Of a stretch of 64,000 nt of DNA, positions 26,875-41,368 are shown piece by piece. The position numbers were made by a program, and so were the translations under genes. The DNA is taken from the NCBI RefSeq assembly GCF_006345805.1, contig NC_043015.1, positions 53,820,002 through 53,884,001 on the forward strand, in the 5' to 3' direction. This DNA is from Octopus sinensis. Taxonomy: Eukaryota. Within the stretch, counting starts at the first letter, position 1. Every line of letters starts with the position of its first letter. The notes below the pieces were generated by a model. That model saw nothing but the letters and a program-made list of their open reading frames with translations. It had not been told where the DNA came from and did no database searches.

Positions 26875-27769
26875 GATATATAATTATATTTAGGAATATA
26901 ACTATATACAAACATATACACACACACATATATATCCATCCATCCATCTCTCTCTCTATATATATATATATGTATGTATATACATGTGTGTGTGAGTGTG
27001 TGCGTACGTGTCTGTGTATAATTATAACTACATGTAGATATATGTGTGAGCGTGTGTGTGTGGTTGTATTCATTATGTTTCTCTATTTTATCATTAATTC
27101 AATCTCTCTGGTTTATCAATTGAGTTATTTATATGTTTATGTTGTTGCTGTTGTTGTCATTCTTTAAACCCCAAGGCAGCCATTGATTGATCAAGCTTAT
27201 AATGGAAGGCATTCCAACAGTCACATCGTCCCATTTTTCTTTTTTTCTTTTTGATGTTTCTTAGTGGAAGGAAGATGGCATAGCTCGCATTAAATTTTCC
27301 GAGACGTCCTTTCGTACTTTAACACGACAATAGGGTAATATTAATGACTTGTAAGCACATGGTATTTCGTTATACAACCATATAAGGTTATTACCAAAAT
27401 TATATTGAAATATTGTTGTGTTTAGGGAGAGCCTTTACGCCAATACAAAAAGGAAATATCAGAAATATATATGTGTATATTCGAACACAAAAATATACTT
27501 ATATATTCGAATATTGTAAGAGAGCCATAAAATGCGTAATCTTTGGGCTCAACTCCAAAATTCTTAAGTAACGTGAAGAATACATCACAAATCGTAGTAC
27601 AATGAACGAAATGTTATCGACCATCGAAGTAACTTTGGCTTTCATGCCAATCGTGTCCTATCTAAGGAGCACCAAGAGTGATGTGCTAGAGCAGAGCCAA
27701 ACTGTTTATATATTGTATTTTATACCAGCCATTGTCAAACGGACGAATATCAAGATTATTGATTCTAGC

Positions 27770-27980
27770 ACGGCGAGATGGCAGAATGGTTATCACACCG
27801 GGCAAAATGCTTTGCGGTATTTCGTCCATCTTCGCGATCTGAGTATAAATTCTGCCGAGGTCCACTTTGCTTTTCACCCTTTCGGGGTCGATTAAATAAG
27901 TTCCAGTTACACACTGGGATCGATGTAATCAACTTAATCCCTTGCCAAAAATTGACGCCTTGTGCTTCCAGTAGAAAGGG
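27770..27980 (+). mobile_element. SINE family B monomer
   Basis: ggcgagatggcagaatggttatcacaccgggcaaaatgc...gccgaggtccactttgcttttcaccctttcggggtcgat. Confidence 0.8.
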
Positions 27981-27997
27981 TTAGTAATTGATTCCCA

Positions 27998-28295
27998 AGG
28001 CGCCTGGCTTAGAGGTTAGGGTATTCCACTTAAGATCGTATAGTAGTGAGTTCGATTCCAGGTGACCCATTGTGTTCTTGAGCACGACACTTTATTTCAC
28101 GTCGCTCCAGTTCACTTAGCTGGCAAAAAAGCGCAAGTACTTATATTTCTAAGGACCAGTCTCATCACGTAATACGCTGAATCTAAGCGAGAACTACGTA
28201 ACGGTTACACTTGATTGTCGAGTGCTCACTATTTGAACGTTTATTTTCGTCCACCGATTCAACTTGAACCCTCGTTGTCATAACTGGCGTAGTGC
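27998..28295 (+). mobile_element. SINE family C, diverged full copy
   Basis: tRNA head (gagttcgattcc), ttgtgttcttgagc core, 3' part homologous to the reverse complement of 62605-62780. Confidence 0.75.
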
Positions 28296-28759
28296 AAGTT
28301 AATTGATTGGCGGTATAGAAAGCAAGCACGCTGCTGCCTGTTACCCTGGTATTTGATCTAACATTCTCGATATCAACCTGACGATTGTTTGAATGAACAT
28401 CTGTCTTGTTTCGGCTGATTGGTATTGGTGAATCTATATCGATCAAGTCACCATGACCTCTTCACGACTTCCAGCTTTCTTTTAAAGGGTCCGACGTCCG
28501 ACAGAAAACGGCAAATGTCATTCATAGACACGCACACAAACACACACACACACACAAATACACACCCAGACATGCACTCACACATGCACACTCTCATGTA
28601 CACACACTTATAAACAGAAACACGCATACGTACATATTCATGCAAATATAGACACACATATATACAACACATACACACATATATATTCGATCGTGAGTGT
28701 CTGCTTTATAAAATATATCTAGACATATTCAAGCAATGATACGAAATACCGATGCATAA

Positions 28760-28825
<66 letters not shown>

Positions 28826-29041
28826 TGTGTGTGTGTGTGTGTGTGTATTGTGTGTGTGTCTGTGTGTGTGTTGTGTGGTATGTATGTATGTTTGTTTGAT
28901 ATATTGTATATAATTGTATGTCTTATGCACAATTGTATGTTTGTTTATTATATATTTCTCTATCGCTTTGTATACATCCTTTTCAGAGAGCTCCAACAAA
29001 AATCTCTTTTGTTTCTTGCTGATATATATGTATAAACATAT

Positions 29042-29074
<33 letters not shown>

Positions 29075-29084
29075 TATATTATAT

Positions 29085-29115
<31 letters not shown>

Positions 29116-29128
29116 CATACATATATAT

Positions 29129-29176
<48 letters not shown>

Positions 29177-29442
29177 CATGTGTAATATATATATATATAT
29201 ATACATATATATAATATATACATATATAATATATTTGTATTTATATTTATATATATATATACATACATACATACATGTATATGCATATAAATGCTATACT
29301 GTATATACATAAATACATATATAATTATACACAAACACATATTAATATATATACAGAGGCACGTAGATAGATACATAAATGGATACAGACATAATCACAG
29401 AACACCACACACACTTGTACACACACACACTTGTACACACAC

Positions 29443-29493
<51 letters not shown>

Positions 29494-29595
29494 GATACAA
29501 CATACATACATATTGTCAGTTTCACATTTCGCCTTTCCAAGTTAAGCTGCTTGAAAGAAAACATTAAACATAACAACATCGACAACGATAATAAA

Positions 29596-29658
<63 letters not shown>

Positions 29659-31849
29659 TCGCATACACATACACTGAAATAACCTGAAAATCTCTGATGT
29701 TTTATTTGCCTGAGGTTAAGCGCAAACACAGAAGTTGTTCAACTTTCTGGTTGGGGGTTCGCTGCATCATTCTGTGACGTGGTTTAAGGGTATGTTCCAG
29801 ATAGACAGGTGGTCCTGTTAATTAGAACCGTATTGTTGTTTCATACAAATAAATGCAGCTTCCATACGTGTTCTCAGATGCGAAAGATTTGACGTTGTTT
29901 TTTTTTTGTGTGTTGTCGTTGCTGATGTTATTTTTTCTACTTTTTTTTTGCAATCCTTATTTTATCAAAAACTCTCTCTCTCTCTTGCGATCTTTCTTTC
30001 TCTCTCTCCCTCTCTCCCTCTCTCTCTATCTCTCTCTCTCTCACACACACACACACAAACACACATACAAACACACACACACTCCATCTCTCTCTTTCTC
30101 TCTCAAACCAAGGTATACAGTAGAAAAGATTCTGATGGTAAAAGTTCTTTTATTTTTTATCATTTCTCCAGTAAGGGCTTTTGTTATTTTATATAAGCAC
30201 ACATAAACACACACTAATATTTAAACATGCACACACACATATATATATAAATCTATATATAAATATACATATATATATGTAAATGTGTATTTATATACAT
30301 ACATATATATATGTATATGTATACATATTGATTGTATGCTGTGTGTCTGTATATATGTCTGTATATATACATATAGATATGTACATAAATGTATGCATAT
30401 ATATGTATTATTATATATATATAATTATATATATATATATATGTATATGTATGAGGGTGTGTTGTATGCTTTGTGTCTGTGTGTATGTGTATATATACAT
30501 ATAGATATGTACATAAATGTATGCATATATATATATGTATATATGTATGTGTGTGTGTTTGTAAATATACACGCACTCGTGCACACACATATACACATAC
30601 CCCCCCCCCACACACACACACACATACACACTGACACACACGCACTCTCTCTCTCTCATACACACAAATATATTGCTTTTTCATCTTTTTTCCTGTGGTA
30701 AATGTTTTTTCCTTAGAAATTTTCTTGAAGACTTTAACCTTCTTCTTACAACCATTAAGAAGAGCGAGACAGACAGAGATAGACAGAGAGAGACAGAGAG
30801 AGAGAGAGATAGAGAGAGACAGAGAGAGAAATAGAGACAAAATGCGAGAAAACAGAGAGAGAGAGAGGGAGGAGCAGAGATAGATAGAAACTATGATAGT
30901 AAAGGAGAAAGGAGATAATGAGATAGATAAATAGAGAGCCCGAGAGAGAAGATATTTAGATAGTGGTAGAGAGAGACGAAGAGGGATCTCTATTTGCTGT
31001 TTAGATTCTTTCTTTCTTTCTTTCTTCTTCTCTTCCTTTGTTTCTTTGTTTCTTACCATCTTTATATTTTATTTCAGTTTTTCTCTCCTTTCTTCTTTCA
31101 TTCAGTTTTCTATCTTACGGTATTATCTCTTACTTTCCAGAGTTACGTTTCTATCACTTCTTTATCTCTATTTCCCTCATTCGTTCCTTTATCCTTTCTA
31201 AATCTCTATAATTCTCTCCATCTCCCATTTTTTTTCATTCATTTCCATTCTAAAATTCTCTTTGTCATTCTTTCTATCCCATATTTCTCTTTTCCTTTCT
31301 TTGGTCCTTTCATAAATTCATTCATTCATCTCAATTTTCATTCATCATTTTAGTTGTTCATATTTTCCTTCAATAATTCATATTTTAGTTCATTTGTCTT
31401 TCTGTTTTCTATCCTTCTTTCAGTTTTGTCTACTCTCTTTATTTTTATTTCAGTTTTCTATCTCTTCTGTTTTACTTCTTTATTTTCCCTTCTTTTTCTC
31501 TCATCTATCAATTTGTAATCTTTCTTTCTGTTTTTCTATTTTACTCCCAGGTCTCCTATCTTACATTTCACTCTTTCTGTATTTCTGATCTCTTATTTTA
31601 TATTTTTGCTTTTCTGTCGTCTGTTTCTGTCCTTTTCCTGTTTTTTTTTCTGTTTTATCCTCACGCTTTTCTTTCGTAGACTTCTGTTATCTATAGTTTT
31701 CCTGTTTTTGCATTTCACCTTCATGCTTCCCTATCGTTGACATGCTGTTTATATTTCTAACTGTTTTCAATTTATATTTCTGTTGCCTTTCTTCAACTCT
31801 GTTTTTCCATTTTCCATACATGATTTTCCTTTATTCTTGCATTCCATGC

Positions 31850-32640
31850 TTCTGTCTTATTTTAATTACTCCTCTTCCGGTTTTCTGTTTTCTCGTCCTG
31901 TTTTTCTATTTCAATGTTTCCCTATGTGAGCATTGCTGTTTTTATTTCATTCCATTTTCTATTTTTGTTATTCTGTTTTCAATTCTACATTTATGACTTA
32001 TTTTTCTGTTTTTAGTATTCTATGTTTCTGTTTTAATGTCTCCTCTTCCGGTTTTATGTTTTCTCTTCCTGTTTTTCTATTTCATAGCTGTTTTTATTTC
32101 GTTCCGTTTTATATTTTCTTTTTTTGCATTTTCTCTTTTCAGTTCTACATTTACGACTTATTTTTCTGGTTCTTTTTTTTTTGTATTCTATGTTTCTGTC
32201 TTAATGTCTCCTCTTCCGGTTTTCTGTTTTCCCTTCCTGTTTTACTATTTCAGCTCTTCCCTGTGTCAGCCTTGCTGTTTTAATCTCGTTCCGTTTTCTA
32301 TTTTCTATTTTTGTATTTTCTGTTTTCATTTCTACATTTATGATTTATTTTCGTTTTTTTTTTGTATTCTTTGTTTCCGTTTTCATGTCTGCTCTTCTCC
32401 TTTTCTGTTTTCATCACCTCTTTTCTATTTTATCTTCAGGCTCTCCTACGTTAGCATTGTATTTTTATTTCGTTCACCTTTCTATTTTCATTTTTGTATT
32501 TTCTGTTTTCAATCCTACATTTATCACTTTCTGTTTTCCTACCCTATGTTTCCGTTTTCATGTCTCCTCTTCCGGTTTTCTGTTTTCTCTTCCTATTTTT
32601 CCCTTTTATTTTCATGTTTCTCCATATCCCCATCTATGCT
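31850..32640. repeat. Degenerate T-rich tandem repeat, ~170-180-bp period, ~5 copies
   Basis: Anchor ctcctcttccgg at about 31869, 32040, 32208, 32389 and 32564. Confidence 0.8.
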
Positions 32641-33559
32641 TTCTGTTTTCCCTATTTCTTTCAGTTTTCCTATTTTCTATTTCTTTATTCTTATTTAATC
32701 TGCCTTTTTCTTCAATTTATTCTTTATATCTTTGTCATTTTCAATATTATTATAGTACTTTGTTTTAATTTCTCATCTTTCTCCTTCTAATAATTTTGCT
32801 CTTTTCAAGCCCTTCTTTCTATTCTTCTAAATTTCCTTTTCCTGCCTTATTTTTATGCTTTCTATGATATATGATATTTTGTACGTTTTCCTCTTTTCTG
32901 TTTTACCTCCTGATTTCCTGAAATTCTCATTTTCGAACTCATCTCTCAGCTTTCCTATATTTCTATGTTCTGTCTTACCTTTCTGCATTTTTCTATATCT
33001 GTCATTGTTTCTGCCTTTCTCACTTTCTTTTCTTCACTCTAACAGCCTCTCTTTCATATTTCCTTATATATCTCTTTTTGTCTTCATTCTTCCATTTTTT
33101 CACTTTATTTTATTTCTGTCGCTCGCATATCCAACCTTAAACAAATTACGAAACTATTCCTCGTCGATTCTTGCTTTAGAAATAAGTCATTTAAACGTTT
33201 AAAATCATTCAATCGTTCGTCGAGAGAAATAAATTTCAGCGAGTTGATTTGCTGCAGTGTGTAAAAAAATGTAATCTTTTTGACATTGTTCAACTTCAGG
33301 TTGAATTTAAAATATAGAGACAGGCTAATTACATCCATCAAGACGAGAATACAAAATGGATGTGGTATAATACGGAGCAAAGAGGAAAGTAAGAAAGAGA
33401 AAATGTGAACAGTGTGGAATGCTCTATAATTAGTGATGTGGGTTATGAAGTGAAAAGGAGGACTTGTTATATACACGTGAGGTTCAGATGCCGTGCTACT
33501 GCGGACATGCATTTTTGGTAATGTTGGCAAGTATGCTACGCGAAGAGCAGACCGCAGCT

Positions 33560-33690
33560 GGATGACTGTTAGCAATCATGAGTTCCTCCGCCTTTTAACG
33601 CTCTCGAGTGCTACTGGTAACATGTAACTCATCACAACTGTTACGTTTTCGGGTCATCGGCGACTAATCTGGCAACCCAGACAAGCTTGT
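33560..33690 (+). mobile_element. Fragment of the (TGTA)n-associated element
   Basis: Homologous to 24075-24170; followed by atgtatg. Confidence 0.6.
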
Positions 33691-33770
33691 TTGAAGATGA
33701 GCATGTATGTGTGTGTGTGGAGAGAGAGACAGATATAGATAGATAGAGAGACAAATAGATAGATAGATAG

Positions 33771-33809
<39 letters not shown>

Positions 33810-34308
33810 TAGATGTATAGAGGGATTGATTTGGACGGATGGATAGCTAGACAAATATATGTGTGTGCCTGTGTGCATATGTGTGTGTGTGAGTGAGTGT
33901 GCATGCATGGAGAGGATTTGGCTGCTATATCTAGTCCGTCAGCCGATCCCATGGTGCTACAATCATCGGCTCGTATCGTCGGACATGGTTTTATACGAAA
34001 TTTTTAAAAGACGTTGTCTTCAGACAACAGAATGGAAAAACGCATAAAACGCGTCTCTGAACCAATAAATATGCAAAACCCTTAAAAACGTGGCTTAGGT
34101 AATTTTGTTTTGATGTTGGAAAACAAAATTCAAATCAGATACATTTGTTTCTTTGTAAGAAAGGAAATATTTCTTCGTACCAAGAATACTAAGTACGCAA
34201 AAAGAAAGCGAAACACGCAAACATAGACACACATACACAGACACAAACACATACCCATACATATACACATACACACATATGCATATATACACATATAAAT
34301 ATGTATGA

Positions 34309-34341
<33 letters not shown>

Positions 34342-35267
34342 TGTGTATATATACACCGATATATACGTTTGCCTTATATTTTGTCCCGGATTCAACTGTT
34401 TGATTACACAATGGGACATGAAGAGGGAATAGAAGACGAATTGAAAAGTGTAGCTGTACAGTATGCGAACACACAATCACGCATACACATACTCAGACTC
34501 TCAATAATACACACACATATGAATTGACCAGATAAGAGAAGTGAGAGAATAGATGCTCATTCCGTTTCTTGATAATAGTTACGTTACCTGTGTAAGTTAC
34601 ATGAGCAACATCACCTCATCCACCACGCATATGTAAATAAATGCACACACACATACAAAAACATATACACAAACACACATATTGCTCTACATATAATTTG
34701 GCTGTAATATAATTATCAAGTGCGTGTGTGCGTGTTTACGTATATACTGTATCAAAAATTCATAATTTCGAACCCCTCCCCAAGGTCATTTGGTTACATA
34801 AACACTAAAAGCGAAATTTGTTTTCCTTGTCCTCATGATGGGAAATATATTTTAGTCAATTGGACAGTTTCATATTGGCAATAACGATTGGATTTTGCTT
34901 CATTGCAAGAATTCTCATAATATGTAAGGTATTTTTCTCCTACATCCATCGCTTACACACAGCCTTCTCACACACACACGCTCTCACAATTTATCTCTCG
35001 CTCTTCTTCACCCAGTTCCCTTCACCCTTACCTACATCCCAGTCCATAAAGGCTTTCATAACAGCGATTACCACCTGAATGCGAGAGATGTGGTTCCATG
35101 GCTAAAAGGAGAAATGAAAATGATACAACTAAGGAAGGATTAGGGGCAACATTTATGGTTTAGACAGTGTTTTTATTCTCAGATAGCTGTTGCTGTATAA
35201 ATGCATATATACGCCCTCATACACCTTTACACAAGCATAGCATATATATATATTATATATATATATA

Positions 35268-35306
<39 letters not shown>

Positions 35307-35488
35307 ATATATGTATATATGTATATATATATATATATGTAATATATATATATATATATACATACATATATACATATATACACACATGCAGCCAGACATA
35401 TCTATGAATATTGATCAATAGAGATAGATGGATGATATATATATATATATTATATATATATATATCGCGAGAGAAAGACAGAGAGAGC

Positions 35489-35549
<61 letters not shown>

Positions 35550-36291
35550 GGAAAGAGAGGAAGAGAAAGAGAGAGACAGAGGGATGCAGTAGACAGACAG
35601 ACTGAAACGAAGCAAATATTATAGAGCTTGTGTAGAAGATGATTGCATACAATAAATAAATGATTATATAGTAAGACACACATATAAATAAATACGGAAA
35701 CGTGTGGAAGGTACGGAAAAAGCTACATAGCTGTATGACTAAATAAGATAGACGACTTGGTTAAATAGATAAATATATAGTTCGATATATTCGCTTAAAT
35801 GAGTCAATAAGCACGTGAAAAAAATACAAAAACAAACAATAAAGTAAGAAAAAGCAAAGTAAAAGTAACCACGTATTTATAACCTGATAAATGAGAATTG
35901 TGTGCGAATCAGTTTTAAGCAAAATGCTCAAACGGTGTTATCAAATTTTGCCTAAAAGTATCTGAAATAATTATCCGAAATTACAGAGTTTTTTCCTTTT
36001 TATTTTTTTTTATTTTCGGTACACCAGGTCAAGACATCTAATACTGAAATACTTCACAAACATCCAAATCTCAGTGAAGGTCAGAGGTTGTGAGCACTTA
36101 TAGTGTATTTATAAACGGTGTTATTTTCTGGTTTTACTATGTTTAATGAAAGGGTATATATACACGAGTGTATGTTGTTATAGATTTTTACGCATTAGTT
36201 GCGATCCAGTTCGTTTCTATACAAACGGAAAGGGGAAAAATAGAAAATCATAATAATAATAATAATGATAATAATAATGATAATAATAATA

Positions 36292-36333
<42 letters not shown>

Positions 36334-36488
36334 GAAAGCAAAACTAAACAATAATAACAGCCTCGTTCTGGAAGTGCATTTTCACAATGGCGTTTATGTT
36401 GCGTATATTAGTGTTATTAAATGAACACATAAGTAGACACGCACATACATACACAAACACACACATATTTATATACATACATATATAT

Positions 36489-36524
<36 letters not shown>

Positions 36525-36984
36525 GTACGTATACATATATATGTATGTATACACATTAACATACATGTATGTATACAAATATACTCCACACACATATATA
36601 AGTATTTATGTATGTGTGTGTATGTATCTGTGTGCATGTATGTGCGCATATAATACTCAGCTTCTTGATTACACTCTCCTTTGCAAATTCCGCTTTGTGC
36701 TATCTGTCACCCCCTCCTCCACCCAAACCCCAACCACCTCACCTAAAGCCTCCATTTTTATCCTTATAGAAGAATAAAAGCTAGCACGACCTGCTAGGCC
36801 TAAAAAGCATTAGTTCCTTGGCCCCTAAATACATGCAACATTTTATATCTAATCCAGGTGATCCCGACTTCGATGCATTATGCGTTCCTTCCTTTTATAC
36901 AAATATCTACAATAGTCGGCCACAAACGTATGAACAATGTGGTCTAGCATTGGGAAAACAATTTTTCCAGCCAATGAGGTACAT

Positions 36985-37438
36985 CAGTAGTTCTCAACCG
37001 GGGTCCATGTGGGTCCATATAAATACCTGTTGTCATCGGTGCATTAGGAATGGTAGCAAAAGGGGCTGATTCTTATCTAGCTCGTTTTGAGAGCCCACAC
37101 AAGAAAATAGTAAATTGGGGATCCACAATAGTGTCTTAAGACAAATTTCCCGAAGACACCTGATGAAGGTTGGAGGGTATGTCAGCCGAAACATTGCGTT
37201 AACAACAAACAAGATGAGGACAAATATTCGTCAAATGTAAATAATGTAAATAATGTACATAATACCTCTTCTCTTACATTTAGAACTGTTGTGTCTTAAG
37301 ACCCCCTGAAAAAAAATTGTATGTGTTAGTATGTATTGCAAGAAAAAGCTAAGTTTCTTTCTCTAACATTTTGCATAAGTTAAAATGTGAAAAACAAAAT
37401 AGGAATTTTGAAAGAAGTTTCTACAAAACCAGGGACTG
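36985..37438 (+). mobile_element. hAT-like MITE remnant interrupted by an H1 insertion
   Basis: Begins cagtagttctcaaccggggtcc (hAT-type terminus); continuity is restored on removing 37142-37301. Confidence 0.55.
37142..37290 (+). mobile_element. 5'-truncated H1 element with hammerhead (37155-37200) and 11-bp TSD
   Basis: GACAC-CUGAUGA-A-GGUUG-loop-CAGCC-GAAA-CA-UU-GCGUU; GTGTCTTAAGA duplicated at 37131-37141 and 37291-37301. Confidence 0.85.
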
Positions 37439-37440
37439 AT

Positions 37441-37732
37441 TTTTACCTAGCTCAGATACCAAGAAACCCCAAAGTGGCAGATATTCAAAAGATAGTGTTC
37501 ATGGGAACTGCCCATATCCTACGCAAAATACTGTCTATGTAATCTCAAATTTTAAAACAAACTCATAATTTTCTTATGATTTCTTAAACATTCTCTAGAA
37601 CAACTCGATCTACAAAACCAAATAAATGGCACCCTAAGTTTAACACTAACTTGAACTTCTAACATGTCTCTTGAGGTCTCTGGTTGAGACTTGGAGTCAA
37701 CTTGTACAAATATAAAGCAAAAGTCAAACATG
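37441..37732 (+). mobile_element. Dong/R4 LINE 3' end with (AAT)n tail, copy 1
   Basis: FYLAQIPRNPKVADIQKIVFMGTAHILRKILSM* (R4-type C-terminus), then 3' UTR and (AAT)n. Confidence 0.85.
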
Positions 37733-37863
37733 TAATAATAATAATAAAATAATAATAATAATAATTATGAAATGATGATGATGATGATGATGATAATGAT
37801 GATGATGATGATGATAATAATAATAATAATAATAATAATGATAATAATAATAATAATAAAATA

Positions 37864-37904
<41 letters not shown>

Positions 37905-37963
37905 TAATAAAATAATAATAATATATAATATAATAATAATAATAATAATAATTAATAATAATA

Positions 37964-38005
<42 letters not shown>

Positions 38006-38013
38006 GAATAATA

Positions 38014-38304
38014 CTAGCTCAGAGACCAAACTCTTCAAAAGATAGTGCTCATGGGAACTGCTCATATCCTACGCAAAATACTTTCTATGTAATCTCAAGG
38101 TTTAAAACAAACATAATTTCCGGTTTTTAAAAAATAGAAATTTTTTTTTTTTTAGACATTCATTAGTACAACACCAAAAGCTCCCCCCAAATATATGGCA
38201 CACTAGGCATAGCAACAACATGAACTTCCAACCTGTTGTCTCTTGAGGTCTCTGGGTGAGACTTGGAGCCAACTTGTACAAATATAAAGCAAAAGTCAAA
38301 CATA
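38014..38304 (+). mobile_element. Dong/R4 LINE 3' end with (AAT)n tail, copy 2
   Basis: QKIVLMGTAHILRKILSM* plus the same 3' UTR end (gtctcttgaggtctctgggtgagacttggag...caaaagtcaaacat). Confidence 0.85.
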
Positions 38305-38575
38305 GAATAATAATAATAATAATAAAATAATAATAAATAATATAATAATAATAATAAAAATAAAAATAATATAATAATAATAATAATAATAATAAAATAA
38401 TAATAAAATAATATAAATAAATAATAATAATAATAATAATAATTAATAATAATATTAATTAATAATAATAATATAATAATAGTAATAATAAAATAGTAAT
38501 AGTAATAATAATAATAATAATATAATAATAATAATAATAATAATAGTAATAGTAATAATAATAATAATAATAATA

Positions 38576-38627
<52 letters not shown>

Positions 38628-38665
38628 GGATGATGATGATAATTATAATAATAATAATAATAATG

Positions 38666-38733
<68 letters not shown>

Positions 38734-39273
38734 CCAGGCAGTGGCTCTCATGGCTTCTGATCTTAACTGATTGAAAGTGTTATCATGTACATTGTTTTGT
38801 CTTGGTATAAAAGATGGGCTACAGCAAATATTCTGCTCAATACCACAGATTTGCTTGTCAGTTGTTTGACCTTAACCAGTTGAGCATGTCTCTTAGTGGC
38901 TGACAATATGTGCGTCTCTGATCACGAGCGGAAGTATTGGGGGAGCATCATAGCCATGTGTTGAGAGGGATTCTATGGAGTTTGAATAATTCACCTCTGG
39001 AAACATGGGTGTTTCGTTCAACATCCTTAAACAACCCTTATTCAAGGACCTTTTGAGCGGGATGGGTTACTTGACCAGAAGAAAATTCTAACTGGGCCCC
39101 ACCTGCAAGGTCATGTGCTGTTTATATTCATATGAGATCACCATGTCGCACACATATGGTTGTGATGCATGTGCCTGGTGTACCCTTATCAGACGGGTAG
39201 TCATGATGGGTATACTGGGCTTCGTATATTTTACCCCAGTGTCACTTTGATGGCATGCACTGCTCTCTCACTC
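38734..39273 (+). mobile_element. 540-bp non-coding element embedded in (AAT)n
   Basis: Unique sequence flanked by (AAT)n; truncated second copy at 10221-10500 shares the 3' end. Confidence 0.8.
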
Positions 39274-39346
<73 letters not shown>

Positions 39347-39443
39347 TAATAATAATAATAAAGTATTCTACAAAAGTATAGTGAAACCTATGAAGTTAAT
39401 GTAAAATTGTTTCTATGAAAAATGAAGACAAAACAAGAATTAA

Positions 39444-39530
<87 letters not shown>

Positions 39531-39689
39531 TATAATATATAAACCACAAAATAGGACAAGACGCAAAACATCCGGACAGTTAGGTGATACAAAAATGGGA
39601 CAACAGAATATCCAGATAGATGATTCAAAGAAAACAAGGACGGGCTATTCGAAGTTTTTTATCTTTAGTCAAGCACCAGATACGGTATT

Positions 39690-40530
39690 TTGCTCGTTGA
39701 CATTTTAATCAAATCATCCACACGTAATTCTTAAGAACCTAGTCGGTAATGTAGGAAAGCTAATATCATCAATTTCTTCAGATGAGACAGTATTTCAAAA
39801 TGCCGCACCGTATTATAATAATGCATTAAGGAAAAGTGGATTCTCAGAAAACATCAGAATAATCAAGCTAATTCTAACAATAATTGACCACGTAGAATTA
39901 GAACTTGGAAAGTTTGGTAGTTTAACATCTCATTTAATTTTACCGTAAAAACTAATATATGTAGGGAATTCTTAAACTTAGCTTCTAGACATTTTCAATC
40001 TAGCTATAAATTCTATAGAATTTTTAATAGGAGGACAGTGATTGTTAGTTATTCTTGTTGCAAAACTTCACCTCTTTTATTAGCCAGTATAACACGAAAA
40101 TTATTACAAACAACCACAGTGCCGAATCTTATTTGAGGAACTGCAACTTCAAAGATTGGAAGGTAAATGTCTTGAAAAGGAAATCGTTCATAGAGCTAAA
40201 GTGCAGGTAGAAAACACACAAGAATATAAAATTTACACAGGGGCTTCGGAAAATTCATTCAAGACTTGGTTTTATTCCAATCGAATTTATTTCCGATACC
40301 GCGAGAGTAGTACAGCAACTAGTATTGCAAAGCATGTCTGAGAATTGAAAGAGAATGACACCCATCCTTTCATTGTAACCTGGGAAATTCTAGAAAAAGC
40401 ATCATCATACAGACATGGAGCTTATAAAAGACCCATGAAATGTAATCATTGCCTCTCAGAAAAGTTCTTCATCCTGTTCCAGGATAAACATGTTTTGAAC
40501 CAGAGACGCGAGCTCTAAAATTCCTGCAAG
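39690..40530 (+). mobile_element. Penelope-like element remnant (RT thumb and GIY-YIG endonuclease)
   Basis: SNHPHVILKNL, AAPYYNNALRKSGF, LEGKCLEKEIV..KIYTGASENSFK, TWEILEKA, CNHCLSEKFFIL..LNQRREL*NSCKH; stops and frameshifts. Confidence 0.88.
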
Positions 40531-40951
40531 CACGCCGTTAGTTTAAATTGTCAACCAACAATTTACCGTATAGGTAAAAATGTTTTGACTTACGGAAAAT
40601 TAGGACTGTTGTATATGAATTTGACTTTACAACTTATAATTATTTTCTATTATAATGCCAGTGCATATTTCGACTTCACTTTTAAGAAAGCTTTCGACTG
40701 TTTTACAAATTTAAGCTTAAGCTTTACAGAGGTTTATTTTTATTGCTCACTCACACATTTAATTATGTTATATTAATTATTCTTTCATTTTAACATTTTA
40801 ATATTATATATACCAGAAAGTTTATTAATGTTTGCGTATATACGTTATGCTGTATATATTTATCTTGATGTGAAGATATGACTCCCTCTATATATATACA
40901 TGTGTAGGCATGTATGTGTGTATGCATAGATATATATGTATATATATATGT

Positions 40952-41168
40952 GTATATACCAATTAAGGACTGAACACGAAAAGTGGACAGTCAACATGCT
41001 AGATATAGACGTCAAATCGCCATTCTCCACAAAAGATTATGCATTATTGCTTGGTTTTGTGCTGAGTTTGATCTGAGAACATAATCTTTTGTGGAGAATG
41101 GCGATTTGACGTCTATATCTAGTATGTTGACTGTCCACTTTTCGTGTTCAGTCCTTAATTGGTATATA
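40952..41168. mobile_element. MITE/foldback: ~90-bp near-perfect TIRs with 38-bp spacer in (TA)n
   Basis: tataccaattaaggactg...caaaagattatg versus cataatctttt...cagtccttaattggtata; one mismatch seen. Confidence 0.8.
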
Positions 41169-41257
41169 TAAATAATATTTAATCTTCGGATTTTTTTAAT
41201 ATGCTAGACCACTGGTTCTAATTGATAAATATCAATTTCTACCCTAAATTAATTTTA

Positions 41258-41306
<49 letters not shown>

Positions 41307-41337
41307 GTATATATATACGTATATGCATGTATATATG

Positions 41338-41368
<31 letters not shown>

